Below the pieces are notes generated by a model. The model ran no database searches, was not told the origin of the DNA, and saw only the letters and a program-made list of their open reading frames with translations. This document shows positions 19,257-26,888 of a stretch of DNA of 64,000 bases, one piece after another; position 1 is the stretch's first letter, and each line of letters opens with the position of its first letter. Both the position numbers and the translations under genes were made by a program. The DNA is from Patescibacteria group bacterium (GTDB taxonomy: Bacteria; Patescibacteriota; Patescibacteriia; UBA9934; GWF2-40-263): the NCBI GenBank assembly GCA_035290185.1, contig DATDUW010000022.1, forward strand, positions 1,579 through 65,578, in the 5' to 3' direction.

Positions 19257-19655
19257 ATGTCAGAATTTGAACATCATTCTTCTGATGAGGTGGCACAAGA
19301 AGAAAAGAAAAATAACGTAAGAGATTTTTATCTTACGTTGCAAGAAAAAGCTGAAAAATTGGGATGTGTAGTGAGGTTTCCGGAAATGGAGCAAGATAAA
19401 AAAGTGAAAGACACAGCCGAAAGCAAGCTAGTCATTGAAAAGGATGGTGTTTATATTTTATTTAATGGTAAGACAATAGAAGAGGTTGCTAACAAAATTG
19501 GAGAAGAAGAAAAAAGTTCAAATCTTCTGGGAGAGCTTGTTAGAGGCTGTGGTGAAGATTTTGAATTTGACTCTGTAGCACTAAATAAACATGAATCTGG
19601 AGTAATAGGCAAAGATGGAAAAATTAGATCCATGCCAAATAGTTTGAGGACCTAA
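19257..19655 (+). CDS. Hypothetical acidic protein
   Basis: 132-aa ORF directly downstream of the pilin gene; no recognisable domain. Confidence 0.4.
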   Translation: MSEFEHHSSDEVAQEEKKNNVRDFYLTLQEKAEKLGCVVRFPEMEQDKKVKDTAESKLVIEKDGVYILFNGKTIEEVANKIGEEEKSSNLLGELVRGCGEDFEFDSVALNKHESGVIGKDGKIRSMPNSLRT

Positions 19656-19675
19656 CTAGTAGATACGTCTCGATC

Positions 19676-19870
19676 ATGTTCTGGATTGCAGTCGTTGGCT
19701 GGGTTTTTTTTACGATTCCTCTCCTGGCTTTTTTCGTCTTCAGCCTATGGATGATCAGCGAGGCGAGGAAGGATGATGATCAAATTGGCTCATTCATCGG
19801 CCTCCTCTTTTTGATTTGGGTGATTGGAATTGTTCTCCTTGCGGTTTCCTATCTTTCAAAGATGTTGTAA
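19676..19870 (+). CDS. 64-aa two-TM small membrane protein (copy 2)
   Basis: About 85% amino-acid identity to the 1295-1489 product, with long identical DNA stretches (tggatgatcagcgaggcga.gaaggatgatgatcaaattggc; cttgcggtttcctatctttca). Confidence 0.6.
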   Translation: MFWIAVVGWVFFTIPLLAFFVFSLWMISEARKDDDQIGSFIGLLFLIWVIGIVLLAVSYLSKML

Positions 19871-20046
19871 ATTCGTCTTGAAGTTTTTTTCTTTCTATAC
19901 TAGGGTGGGGTAAACTTAAATTTTAAGTCTATGAGAGATGCGGGAGGTCATCCTCAAGAAGTTCATCCGCTTCTGCTTTTTCTGGGTTGACCCTAGGCAG
20001 CGGAGGCAAAGCAAAAAACGATAAAAATAAATTATTCTGAAATCCT

Positions 20047-20160
20047 ATGGGTATTCGCAAATTTTCCCGCAATCTTTGGAAAGCCGGACGCAAGATCGAA
20101 GAGGCCGCACGGCGTCGGGCAAAGGCAAAGCGTCTAGCCAAAGCCGAAACAAAGATCTAA
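20047..20160 (+). CDS. Possible 37-aa highly basic small protein
   Basis: ATG ORF MGIRKFSRNLWKAGRKIEEAARRRAKAKRLAKAETKI ending just before a bidirectional terminator. Below the ORF-track size cutoff. Confidence 0.25.
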   Translation: MGIRKFSRNLWKAGRKIEEAARRRAKAKRLAKAETKI

Positions 20161-20180
20161 ACGTCTTTCAAAAACAAAAA

Positions 20181-20212
20181 TCCCCCAGGTTTCCCTGGGG
20201 GATTTTTTTCTT
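20181..20212. terminator. Bidirectional Rho-independent terminator
   Basis: TCCCCCAGG-ttt-CCTGGGGGA hairpin flanked by an A-run on the 5' side and a T-run on the 3' side. Confidence 0.7.
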
Positions 20213-20392
20213 TTAGGGTCGTGCATTGCGTGACTTGTTGCATGGGTAGCAATAAATCATGCCGTAGGTGCCGTCCTGTTTAACCGTTGGGACGAAAGGC
20301 AACTTGTCGATCTTTGCCCCGCACTGGGTACAGGTAATGTTAAGATCCGTTACGTCGTTCAACTGGCGGGCCGGTCGTGAAGCATCGTTCAT
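20213..20392 (-). CDS. 59-aa zinc-ribbon protein
   Basis: Minus-strand ATG ORF MNDASRPARQLNDVTDLNITCTQCGAKIDKLPFVPTVKQDGTYGMIYCYPCNKSRNARP with C-x2-C...C-x2-C, ending at the bidirectional terminator. The frame stays open upstream, so the start is uncertain. Confidence 0.4.
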   Translation of the reverse strand: MNDASRPARQLNDVTDLNITCTQCGAKIDKLPFVPTVKQDGTYGMIYCYPCNKSRNARP

Positions 20393-20679
20393 AATCGCTG
20401 GCGATAGGGTTAAAGGCTCATTATCGCGGTTCGACGAACGACCTTTCGGGATTCCGCCTACTCGGATAATCTTTTTAAAGAGTATCCTTTTTTGGCCGGT
20501 CTGTCAAGGGGCGATCCTTGTGTTCCGCTGTTGATTTTCTGTCCACACCGCTTGGAAAACGGGGAAATTGTTCGTTTTTTGTCGGTTGAATTTTCCTCAA
20601 AATTTGATAGAGTATCTTTGTAGGTGACCCTCTCCCCATCCGAAAGAAACTCCCTGTTTTATTCTTTTCAGAAAAACGT

Positions 20680-21042
20680 ATGACAGACGTTTCTTCCGAG
20701 CCAACGAACGGGGATATCCTCGAAGCCATCAATGCTTTTGCTGACGCGACAGAACAGAGGTTTGAAGGTATAGAAACACGCCTCGCGCGTGTTGAATCTA
20801 CGATGACAACGAAAGAAGATTTGAAGCAGTGCGCAACCAAGGAAGATCTTCGAAAAACCGAACACAATCTTCGAGATTATACCGATCGTCGGTTTGAGGA
20901 TTTCCAGGTCAATGTCATTGGTTTGGTTCGCAAAGAGGATGCTCAGGTGACGACTCTGGTTGATGTTTTGAAACACCGGAAGGTCCTCACACCATCGGAC
21001 GCCCAGCGGGTGCTTTCCACGCGGCCATTAGTTTCCTCTTGA
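20680..21042 (+). CDS. Hypothetical coiled-coil protein
   Basis: 120-aa ORF with a TTGAAT-N17-TAGAGT promoter-like sequence about 90 nt upstream and a terminator hairpin downstream. Confidence 0.5.
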   Translation: MTDVSSEPTNGDILEAINAFADATEQRFEGIETRLARVESTMTTKEDLKQCATKEDLRKTEHNLRDYTDRRFEDFQVNVIGLVRKEDAQVTTLVDVLKHRKVLTPSDAQRVLSTRPLVSS

Positions 21043-21057
21043 CCTTTTTTAACCGAA

Positions 21058-21090
21058 AACAGCCTTTTCAAGCAAAAGGGCTGTTTTTTT
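21058..21090 (+). terminator. Rho-independent terminator
   Basis: CAGCCTTTT-caagc-AAAAGGGCTG hairpin plus TTTTTTT. Confidence 0.65.
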
Positions 21091-21101
21091 GTCCCAGCCT
21101 C

Positions 21102-21130
21102 TTGACATATTTTTGTAGAAATGCTACTCT
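21102..21130 (+). promoter_or_regulatory. Sigma70-like promoter candidate (TTGACA-N17-TACTCT)
   Basis: Perfect -35 hexamer, 17-nt spacer and a weak -10, placed at the 5' edge of the GC-rich island. Confidence 0.4.
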
Positions 21131-21150
21131 GCTCCCTTGTTCCTTAAAAC

Positions 21151-21251
21151 CGCACTGAAGCCGATGCGAGGCGATTACGTCTCTCCCCCTTCCCAAGGGG
21201 GAGATGAAGAGGGGGTTGCCTTCGTCTAGTCCTCTCGCATCGGTTTCAGTG
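21151..21251 (+). ncRNA. GC-rich structured 5' leader / candidate cis-regulatory RNA
   Basis: Outer stem of ~19 bp (CACTGAAGCCGATGCGAGG / CCTCTCGCATCGGTTTCAGTG, one G-U pair, one bulge) encloses a CTCTCCCCC / GGGGGAGA inner hairpin. It lies between the promoter candidate and the RBS of the 21373 gene. Confidence 0.35.
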
Positions 21252-21372
21252 TTAGGATAGATTGAAAAAAAGAGGGGTCGACAGAGAATAGTTTCTGTTG
21301 ACCAAAGGATAGGGCAGGTGGCCAGGGGGGAGTCTCCCTGCCACGAATTCTCAGACAAAGGAGAAAAGATCC

Positions 21373-22431
21373 ATGAAGATGTTGTTGACCTTGGCAGGAA
21401 AGTCCTTTGAAAAGCCCGACATGGGGCCGAACAACACCCTCGCAGAGTTCCAGGTTTCGGCAGTTGGGAATGGAGAGTTGATCTTTGTCGAGGATAAAGG
21501 GAAGAGGATTTTTGGGGCTGCCACAAAGAGGCCTCTTGTCCTCGGTGAATTCAGTGAGATCGACGGAATTGAGCCGTTCGAAATCAATCTCCAGAACGCA
21601 GGCACCTTCCAGATCATCCTCGACACAGCCAACCGGAACCTCTGGAAGGTCAAGTTGGAGGAGGTTTCGCCGGAGGAGCTCGAGGATCGGAAAAACGCCA
21701 AGACCGGGAAATCCCTCCTCAAGGGTTTCGGGGGAAGCTTCCCGATCTCGGGCGAGGTCACGGCACACCAGAAGGATGGCGACGTATACCAGATCGCGCT
21801 GCCCACCTGGGCACTGCCGGTGGCCGTCATCGGTCTCCTGCTCCTCGGCGGAATCCTCGTCTCTCAGGTCTTCGGGACCGATAACGGCGTCGTCGGGGCG
21901 ATCACCGCCAGCACCAATGTGATCCACGGGGATCTCACACTGGAAGACAGCAGCGGCGGCCGGGTCAAGACCATGGCCGGGATGATGGAGGAGATCCGGC
22001 TGTCGACGTCCTCCACCGCGACCAACACTGGCAGCGCAGCCAGTGCCGCGTCTGAGACAGCGACAGCGGTCGCTGAACTCAAGGGAGCCCTTGGCAAGAA
22101 GGTCGCGCAGGAGCCGACCCTCGTTCTCATGGCTGCGGACGCCTGGAAGGCCCAGGATACGGACGGCGATGGGGTGACCAATCTTCTCGACGCCTGTCCC
22201 AAAGACCCGGCAAAGGGGCAGAGCCTCTACGCCGGGTGTCCGAATCCCGAGGCCCTCATCAAAGGGGCCAAGGCCGTGAAAAGGGCCAAGGCCGACGCGG
22301 AAGGGAACATGGTCTTGGTGCGTGGTCCGGCCACGTTCTTAGCCAAGGCTCTCCCCCCGGCCACGCCCGGCGGTAAGTCGCCTGGATTTGACCCGACGTC
22401 CGTCAAGGGCGTCGTGGTCAAGGCCCGCTGA
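21373..22431 (+). CDS. Membrane protein encoded in a GC-rich island (central TM, TSP3-like DTDGDG Ca-binding motif)
   Basis: Strong Shine-Dalgarno sequence AAGGAG 9 nt upstream. The 352-aa ORF spans the island. TM segment WALPVAVIGLLLLGGILVSQVF. DTDGDGVTNLLDACPKD motif. Bounded by a promoter upstream and a hairpin downstream. Confidence 0.55.
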   Translation: MKMLLTLAGKSFEKPDMGPNNTLAEFQVSAVGNGELIFVEDKGKRIFGAATKRPLVLGEFSEIDGIEPFEINLQNAGTFQIILDTANRNLWKVKLEEVSPEELEDRKNAKTGKSLLKGFGGSFPISGEVTAHQKDGDVYQIALPTWALPVAVIGLLLLGGILVSQVFGTDNGVVGAITASTNVIHGDLTLEDSSGGRVKTMAGMMEEIRLSTSSTATNTGSAASAASETATAVAELKGALGKKVAQEPTLVLMAADAWKAQDTDGDGVTNLLDACPKDPAKGQSLYAGCPNPEALIKGAKAVKRAKADAEGNMVLVRGPATFLAKALPPATPGGKSPGFDPTSVKGVVVKAR

Positions 22432-22544
22432 CCCCCCCGGCCACACAAACACCTCCCCCCCCTGGTACCCGGCGCAATGGGAGGATCACCCGCGTTTCTG
22501 CTGCCAGGAGTAGGACGCAAAATCTCGCGCACCTGATGCGTGAG

Positions 22545-22620
22545 ACGAAAAGTGCCCCGACAGATTCCTGTCGCGGAAGCCATTCGTCTCTCTGTCGGGT
22601 GCGCTTTTCGTTTTGCAAAG
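22545..22620 (+). terminator. Long imperfect inverted repeat plus T-run (possible terminator or structured element)
   Basis: ACGAAAAGTGCCCCGACAG ... CTGTCGGGTGCGCTTTTCGT then TTTTG. The ~28-nt loop is atypical for an intrinsic terminator. Confidence 0.4.
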
Positions 22621-22677
22621 CTGATTGTTTTTTTTTCAAAATTTGGTAGGATCATTTTGTTCACTTCTTAAAAATGT

Positions 22678-22965
22678 ATGAAAGAAGATCAAATTTTTTT
22701 TGAAATAAAAAAACGCCTGGGAGAGATTTTACCGAAAAGCCATTGTGGATTTTTATTCGGTTCTTTTGCAAAAGGGACGGCCATGAGGGGTTCTGATGTT
22801 GATATTGCCATTGAAGGTCCGTCTCCTCTCCCTTTTGAAATCTATCTTCGCTTGAAACAGGCCCTTGAAGATATTCCGACCTTGCGAAAAATCGATCTGG
22901 TGGATTTGCAGAACGTCAGCAGCCGTTTTCGCGAAGAAGTTTTGACTTATGCAACCTCTTTATGA
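22678..22965 (+). CDS. Minimal nucleotidyltransferase (MNT) antitoxin-like protein
   Basis: GS-x9-13-DxD Pol-beta NTase signature (GSFAKGTAMRGSDVDIAI); 95 aa. Confidence 0.75.
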   Translation: MKEDQIFFEIKKRLGEILPKSHCGFLFGSFAKGTAMRGSDVDIAIEGPSPLPFEIYLRLKQALEDIPTLRKIDLVDLQNVSSRFREEVLTYATSL

Positions 22966-23330
22966 AGCATCCTCTTTTTCAATCGTACAAAGAAGCCTTG
23001 AACCGTCTCAAAGAGGCACTGGGTCGGGAAAAAGATGATCTGATTCGCGATGCGGCCATCCAACGGTTTGAATTTACGGTTGAACTGGCATGGAAATCGA
23101 TGCAGAAGCGTTTGCAGGAAGAACAGATTTTGTGTCGGTCTCCAAAAGAATGTTTACGGGAGGCTTTTGCTTTCGGACTCATTGAGGATGATCCCGGATG
23201 GATTCGGGCTATGGAGGACAGAAATCTTACCTCTCATACGTACGATCAAAAAATAGCAGAAGAAATTTTTGTCCGTTTGTCAGAATATATCAGGCTGTTC
23301 GACGAACTTGAAAAAAAATTGGAGTCATAG
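22962..23330 (+). CDS. HEPN-domain protein (NTase substrate-binding, HI0074-like) toxin partner
   Basis: R-x4-HxY HEPN motif (RNLTSHTY). Overlaps the MNT gene stop (ATGA), the classic MNT-HEPN operon arrangement. Confidence 0.75.
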   Translation: MKHPLFQSYKEALNRLKEALGREKDDLIRDAAIQRFEFTVELAWKSMQKRLQEEQILCRSPKECLREAFAFGLIEDDPGWIRAMEDRNLTSHTYDQKIAEEIFVRLSEYIRLFDELEKKLES

Positions 23331-25045
23331 TGGACGAAAATGAATCTATGTCCCAAGCGCTCTATCGAACCTATCGTCCCCAAACGTTTGCAGACCTGAC
23401 GGGTCAGGAGCATGTGAAACGAACGCTCCAGAACCAGCTCAAAATCGGGCGGGTGGCCCATGCCTATCTTTTTACTGGTCCGCGCGGAGTAGGGAAGACC
23501 ACAGCCGCTCGGCTGCTTGCCAAGGCCGTGAATTGTCAGGGGATTACGGAAGGGAAAGATAGCCTTCCAGAACCCTGTAATGTCTGTTCAAGCTGTCAGG
23601 AAATCACGGGCGGGTCATCGCTGGACGTCTATGAGATCGATGCGGCTTCTAATACCGGCGTGGATCATGTACGCGAGCACATTATTGAGAGTGTCCGTTT
23701 TTCTCCGAATAAGGCGAAGATGAAGGTGTTCATTATCGATGAGGTCCACATGCTTTCGACCTCGGCTTTTAATGCGCTGTTAAAGACGCTTGAGGAACCT
23801 CCGGCTCACGCCCTGTTCATCTTAGCAACAACGGAAATTCACAAGGTCCCAGCCACGATCATCAGTCGTTGTCAGCGGTTTGATTTTCATCGTATTCCCT
23901 TTCAGGAAATGACCGATCGACTCAAGGCGATCTGTGCGGCCGAGGGAGTGACCATTGAGGATGGCGTCTTGCGCGAGCTTGCGCGACAATCCGAGGGGTG
24001 CGAGCGCGATGCGGAGAGTCTGCTCGGCCAACTCATGGCGCTCGGAGAAAAGACCATTGGAGCTGAACAGGCTTCTCTCGTGCTGCCCATTGCCCAAACA
24101 TCCTCTGTGGTGTCACTTCTGGAACTGCTTCCGGAGCACCGAACAGCGGATGCGGTTCGACTTTTAAACGACTATCTCGAGCAGGGAATGGATGTTGGCG
24201 CGTTTTTAGACGCGTCTGCCGAAGCTCTACGAACCGCTCTTTTGCTCAAGCTTGGGGGCATGGATTCTTTTCATCCTCCGTATGATCCAGAAACGGTTTT
24301 GCGACTTAATACCCTTGGACAAAAATGGAGTTCATCGATTTTAAGCCGAGCTATTGAAATGTTTTTGGAGGCCAAGCGGTCTAGTCGTTTGGATTCAATT
24401 CCGCAGGTGTCAGCCGAAATCGCTATTGTTCGGTTGTGCGAGGGAGATGGAGGAAATACGCCGCCGGTGGCAACCCCCCCCAGCCCCCCCTTGGGAAGGG
24501 GGGGAGACGTCGAGAAACCACCTTCAGCCTCCCTTGGGAAGGGGGGAACAACTCGTCCCCCATCCCCCTTTGTAAAGGAGGGGCCGGGCCTGTCCGACAT
24601 AATAGAGCAGAAGGGGGTGGTTGACGTACATCAGGGACATGGAGAAGTCGGGGCTATCTCTCCTTCTTCTGATTCTCCTCCGATCAAAGATGTGGCCCTT
24701 GGTGATATCCCCGTTCTTGATCTTCAAGACGTTATGCGCAAGTGGCCCCAGGTATTTGCCAAGGTGCAGGAATGTAATGCGTCCCTGCCGCTCATTCTCC
24801 AGAGCGGGGAGCTGGGAACCGTCGAAGGGAATACGGTGGAAATTCGTTTTGCTTATTCGTTGCATGCGGAGACGTTGAATCGCGCGAAGAATCGGGATTT
24901 AGTGGAAAAGATTCTTCAAGACGTGCTGGGTGCGTCCGTGCGTGTGCGGGCTGTTCACGATCCTGACGCATCCGAAACTCGAAAAACGTCCGCGGATGGG
25001 GCGGTAGCTGCGATTTTGCAGAATTTCGGGGGGCAGGTGATTTGA
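23330..25045 (+). CDS. dnaX: DNA polymerase III subunit gamma/tau
   Basis: AAA+ clamp-loader motifs (GPRGVGKTT, Zn module C-x-x-C...C-x-x-C, DEVHML, SRC motif IISRCQRF). Start is either GTG 23330 or ATG 23348. Pro/Gly-rich linker before the C-terminal domain. Confidence 0.9.
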   Translation: MDENESMSQALYRTYRPQTFADLTGQEHVKRTLQNQLKIGRVAHAYLFTGPRGVGKTTAARLLAKAVNCQGITEGKDSLPEPCNVCSSCQEITGGSSLDVYEIDAASNTGVDHVREHIIESVRFSPNKAKMKVFIIDEVHMLSTSAFNALLKTLEEPPAHALFILATTEIHKVPATIISRCQRFDFHRIPFQEMTDRLKAICAAEGVTIEDGVLRELARQSEGCERDAESLLGQLMALGEKTIGAEQASLVLPIAQTSSVVSLLELLPEHRTADAVRLLNDYLEQGMDVGAFLDASAEALRTALLLKLGGMDSFHPPYDPETVLRLNTLGQKWSSSILSRAIEMFLEAKRSSRLDSIPQVSAEIAIVRLCEGDGGNTPPVATPPSPPLGRGGDVEKPPSASLGKGGTTRPPSPFVKEGPGLSDIIEQKGVVDVHQGHGEVGAISPSSDSPPIKDVALGDIPVLDLQDVMRKWPQVFAKVQECNASLPLILQSGELGTVEGNTVEIRFAYSLHAETLNRAKNRDLVEKILQDVLGASVRVRAVHDPDASETRKTSADGAVAAILQNFGGQVI

Positions 25046-25347
25046 GTCCTCTTATGGATGAGGAAGTTCCATCTTTTTCCATTTTGGCCGAATCCGTACG
25101 GCCAGGCCTTTACGAGCACTATAAAGGCCACCACTATCGCGTGATCGGCGTGGGACACCACAGTGAAACGTTGGAGGAATTTGTTGTTTATCAGCGGATT
25201 GACGGAGAAGAGGCCGGAGCACTCTGGGTGAGGCCTGTGGGGGTGTTTTTGGAGGAGGTTGAAGTGGATGGAGACCCGCCTTCGTCCGCCTCAGACGGAC
25301 TACGGCGGGTAAAGAGGAGAAAAAGGTTTAGACGGATTGAAGATTGA
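25042..25347 (+). CDS. DUF1653-like small protein
   Basis: YEHYKGHHYRVIGVGHHSETLEEFVVYQ...LWVRPVGVFLEEVEVDG matches the DUF1653 pattern from memory. Start overlaps the dnaX stop. Confidence 0.5.
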   Translation: MSPLMDEEVPSFSILAESVRPGLYEHYKGHHYRVIGVGHHSETLEEFVVYQRIDGEEAGALWVRPVGVFLEEVEVDGDPPSSASDGLRRVKRRKRFRRIED

Positions 25348-25358
25348 AGGGAAAATTT

Positions 25359-26885
25359 TTATCCGATTTTTTTCACTACTCCCTTGTCCGCATTGACTTC
25401 GACCAGATCGCCGTCATGCAGAACTTTGGTGGCGATTTTGGTTCCGACGACGCACGGGATGTGGAGTTCGCGACTGACAATGGAGGCGTGACAGGTAAGG
25501 CCTCCTTCGTCCGTGACAATAGCAGCAGCTTTTTTCATGGCAGTCACAATACTCGGAGTCGTTGCCACGGAGACAAGAATGTCTCCAGGCTGCATTTTTT
25601 GCATGTCCTCCGGCCTGTTGATAAGGCGGACGCTCCCCGTCGCTGTTCCCGGAAAGGCCGTGGAGCCGGAAAGTTCGGAAACGGAGGCCATCTCTTCGGA
25701 TGCTGATTGCAGGACATGGAGGGTGGAAAATTGTTTGGCCTCATTTCCAGAGATGACGATCGTTTCCCTCTCGTCCATGGAAACGAGGTGGTGTTTGTAC
25801 TGACGATCAAGGACAGATGGGTCAATTTTTCCTTCCAGAAGCGCTTCCCGAATCTGTTTTTGAGTTGCGGAACGTGCGTGTTTAAGAGAGACATCGAATC
25901 GTCGGCTGAACTCGCGGAAAAAGGATTCCATGTGGAAATAGGAATGGGATTGGTAATCCTTGCGCCGCGGCTTGGCCCAGACGTATTCGTTTACAAGAAG
26001 AAGAAGCCGTTTGGTCGATTCGTCCGGCCGGAGCTGTTCAAGATATTTTTTGCGTTCTTCGGCTAATCGGCATCGTTCCTCTTTTTTCCGTTGAGTCTCT
26101 CCTTCCGGTTGGATCCTTTTATGGAGGAGGTCTTGAAGGAACTCTACAAATTGCATTTCACCAAACGCCGGACCGGCGTAGACGTAGTAGACCCATCCAA
26201 ATTTTTCCGCATGTCCCCGAAGCGCTTCAGAAATTTCCGGAGCGGATTGTTGGAGCAGGGAAGGAATCTCGTTGGGTAGATGGTTTTCTAGCACGTCGCG
26301 GCAGGCCTTGTTTGAAAAACAACGCGGAGCAAGTTCGAGGAGGGCATCTTCCTGGTCTAAGGCAAAAGAGTTTTTCAATGGCGTTGTAAAGACCGCAAAA
26401 GCCCTTGCGGCTTCTTCCGGCGAAAGGCGAGAAGCGAGAAAAGTTTTCAAAAAAGATTCGAGAAACGAAACACCGCCGACTTCAAGCAGAGGAAGGAGAA
26501 TGCCGACGGCGTATTGACGCGCTTGGAGGTTGGCAAATCGTTCATAGAAATTCCAAAGGTCGGTTCCGCTCCATGAGGAAAGATTTGCGGAGCGGGCTTG
26601 GGATGTGAAACGATTCATCTCCTGTCCCCATTGTTCTGAACATTCGATGAGACGGTCGAGTTCTTCCGGATTTTGTTCGATCCGTTTTTGGAGGATTGCG
26701 CGATCTTTATTCCAGAGATCCATGTCCAGCAGATAGGCGATCGTGTCCTCGTGTGATTCAATCGCATAACCCGGATTGGGAAGATCAAAAAGCTCCGGCC
26801 AGAGGAAACCGGATTGGATCCAAATTTCATTTCGCATGAGCGGCGAATGGAAATCATGGGCAGCGGGGAGCAGTTTATTTTCCAT
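25359..26885 (-). CDS. PEP-utilizing-enzyme mobile (phosphohistidine swivel) domain protein with uncharacterised N-terminal domain
   Basis: C-terminal ~80 aa match the swivel domain (GDILVSVATTPSIVTAMKKAAAIVTDEGGLTCHASIVSRELHIPCVVG). The ~420-aa N-terminal region has no recognisable motif. Confidence 0.75.
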   Translation of the reverse strand: MENKLLPAAHDFHSPLMRNEIWIQSGFLWPELFDLPNPGYAIESHEDTIAYLLDMDLWNKDRAILQKRIEQNPEELDRLIECSEQWGQEMNRFTSQARSANLSSWSGTDLWNFYERFANLQARQYAVGILLPLLEVGGVSFLESFLKTFLASRLSPEEAARAFAVFTTPLKNSFALDQEDALLELAPRCFSNKACRDVLENHLPNEIPSLLQQSAPEISEALRGHAEKFGWVYYVYAGPAFGEMQFVEFLQDLLHKRIQPEGETQRKKEERCRLAEERKKYLEQLRPDESTKRLLLLVNEYVWAKPRRKDYQSHSYFHMESFFREFSRRFDVSLKHARSATQKQIREALLEGKIDPSVLDRQYKHHLVSMDERETIVISGNEAKQFSTLHVLQSASEEMASVSELSGSTAFPGTATGSVRLINRPEDMQKMQPGDILVSVATTPSIVTAMKKAAAIVTDEGGLTCHASIVSRELHIPCVVGTKIATKVLHDGDLVEVNADKGVVKKIG

Positions 26886-26888
26886 AGA

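Noticed and set aside
19929-20141. 70-aa minus-strand ORF (MARRFAFARRRAASS...)
   Set aside because: Arg/Ala-rich antisense translation of the region encoding the small basic + strand peptide; no RBS or terminator context.
20475-20867. 130-aa minus-strand ORF overlapping the 20680-21042 plus-strand gene
   Set aside because: It overlaps the promoter and 5' half of a + gene that has its own promoter-like signal and terminator; the translation is Ser/Arg-rich. The + gene is better supported, though neither has homology support.
21068-22664. Multiple long overlapping ORFs (21226-21927 -, 21351-21830 -, 21485-21922 +, 21864-22202 -, 22227-22664 -, 21068-21526 -)
   Set aside because: Elevated GC suppresses stop codons in all frames. 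The translations are Arg/Pro/Ser-rich low-complexity. Only the + frame 21373-22431 has an RBS, spans promoter to terminator and encodes a coherent TM protein.
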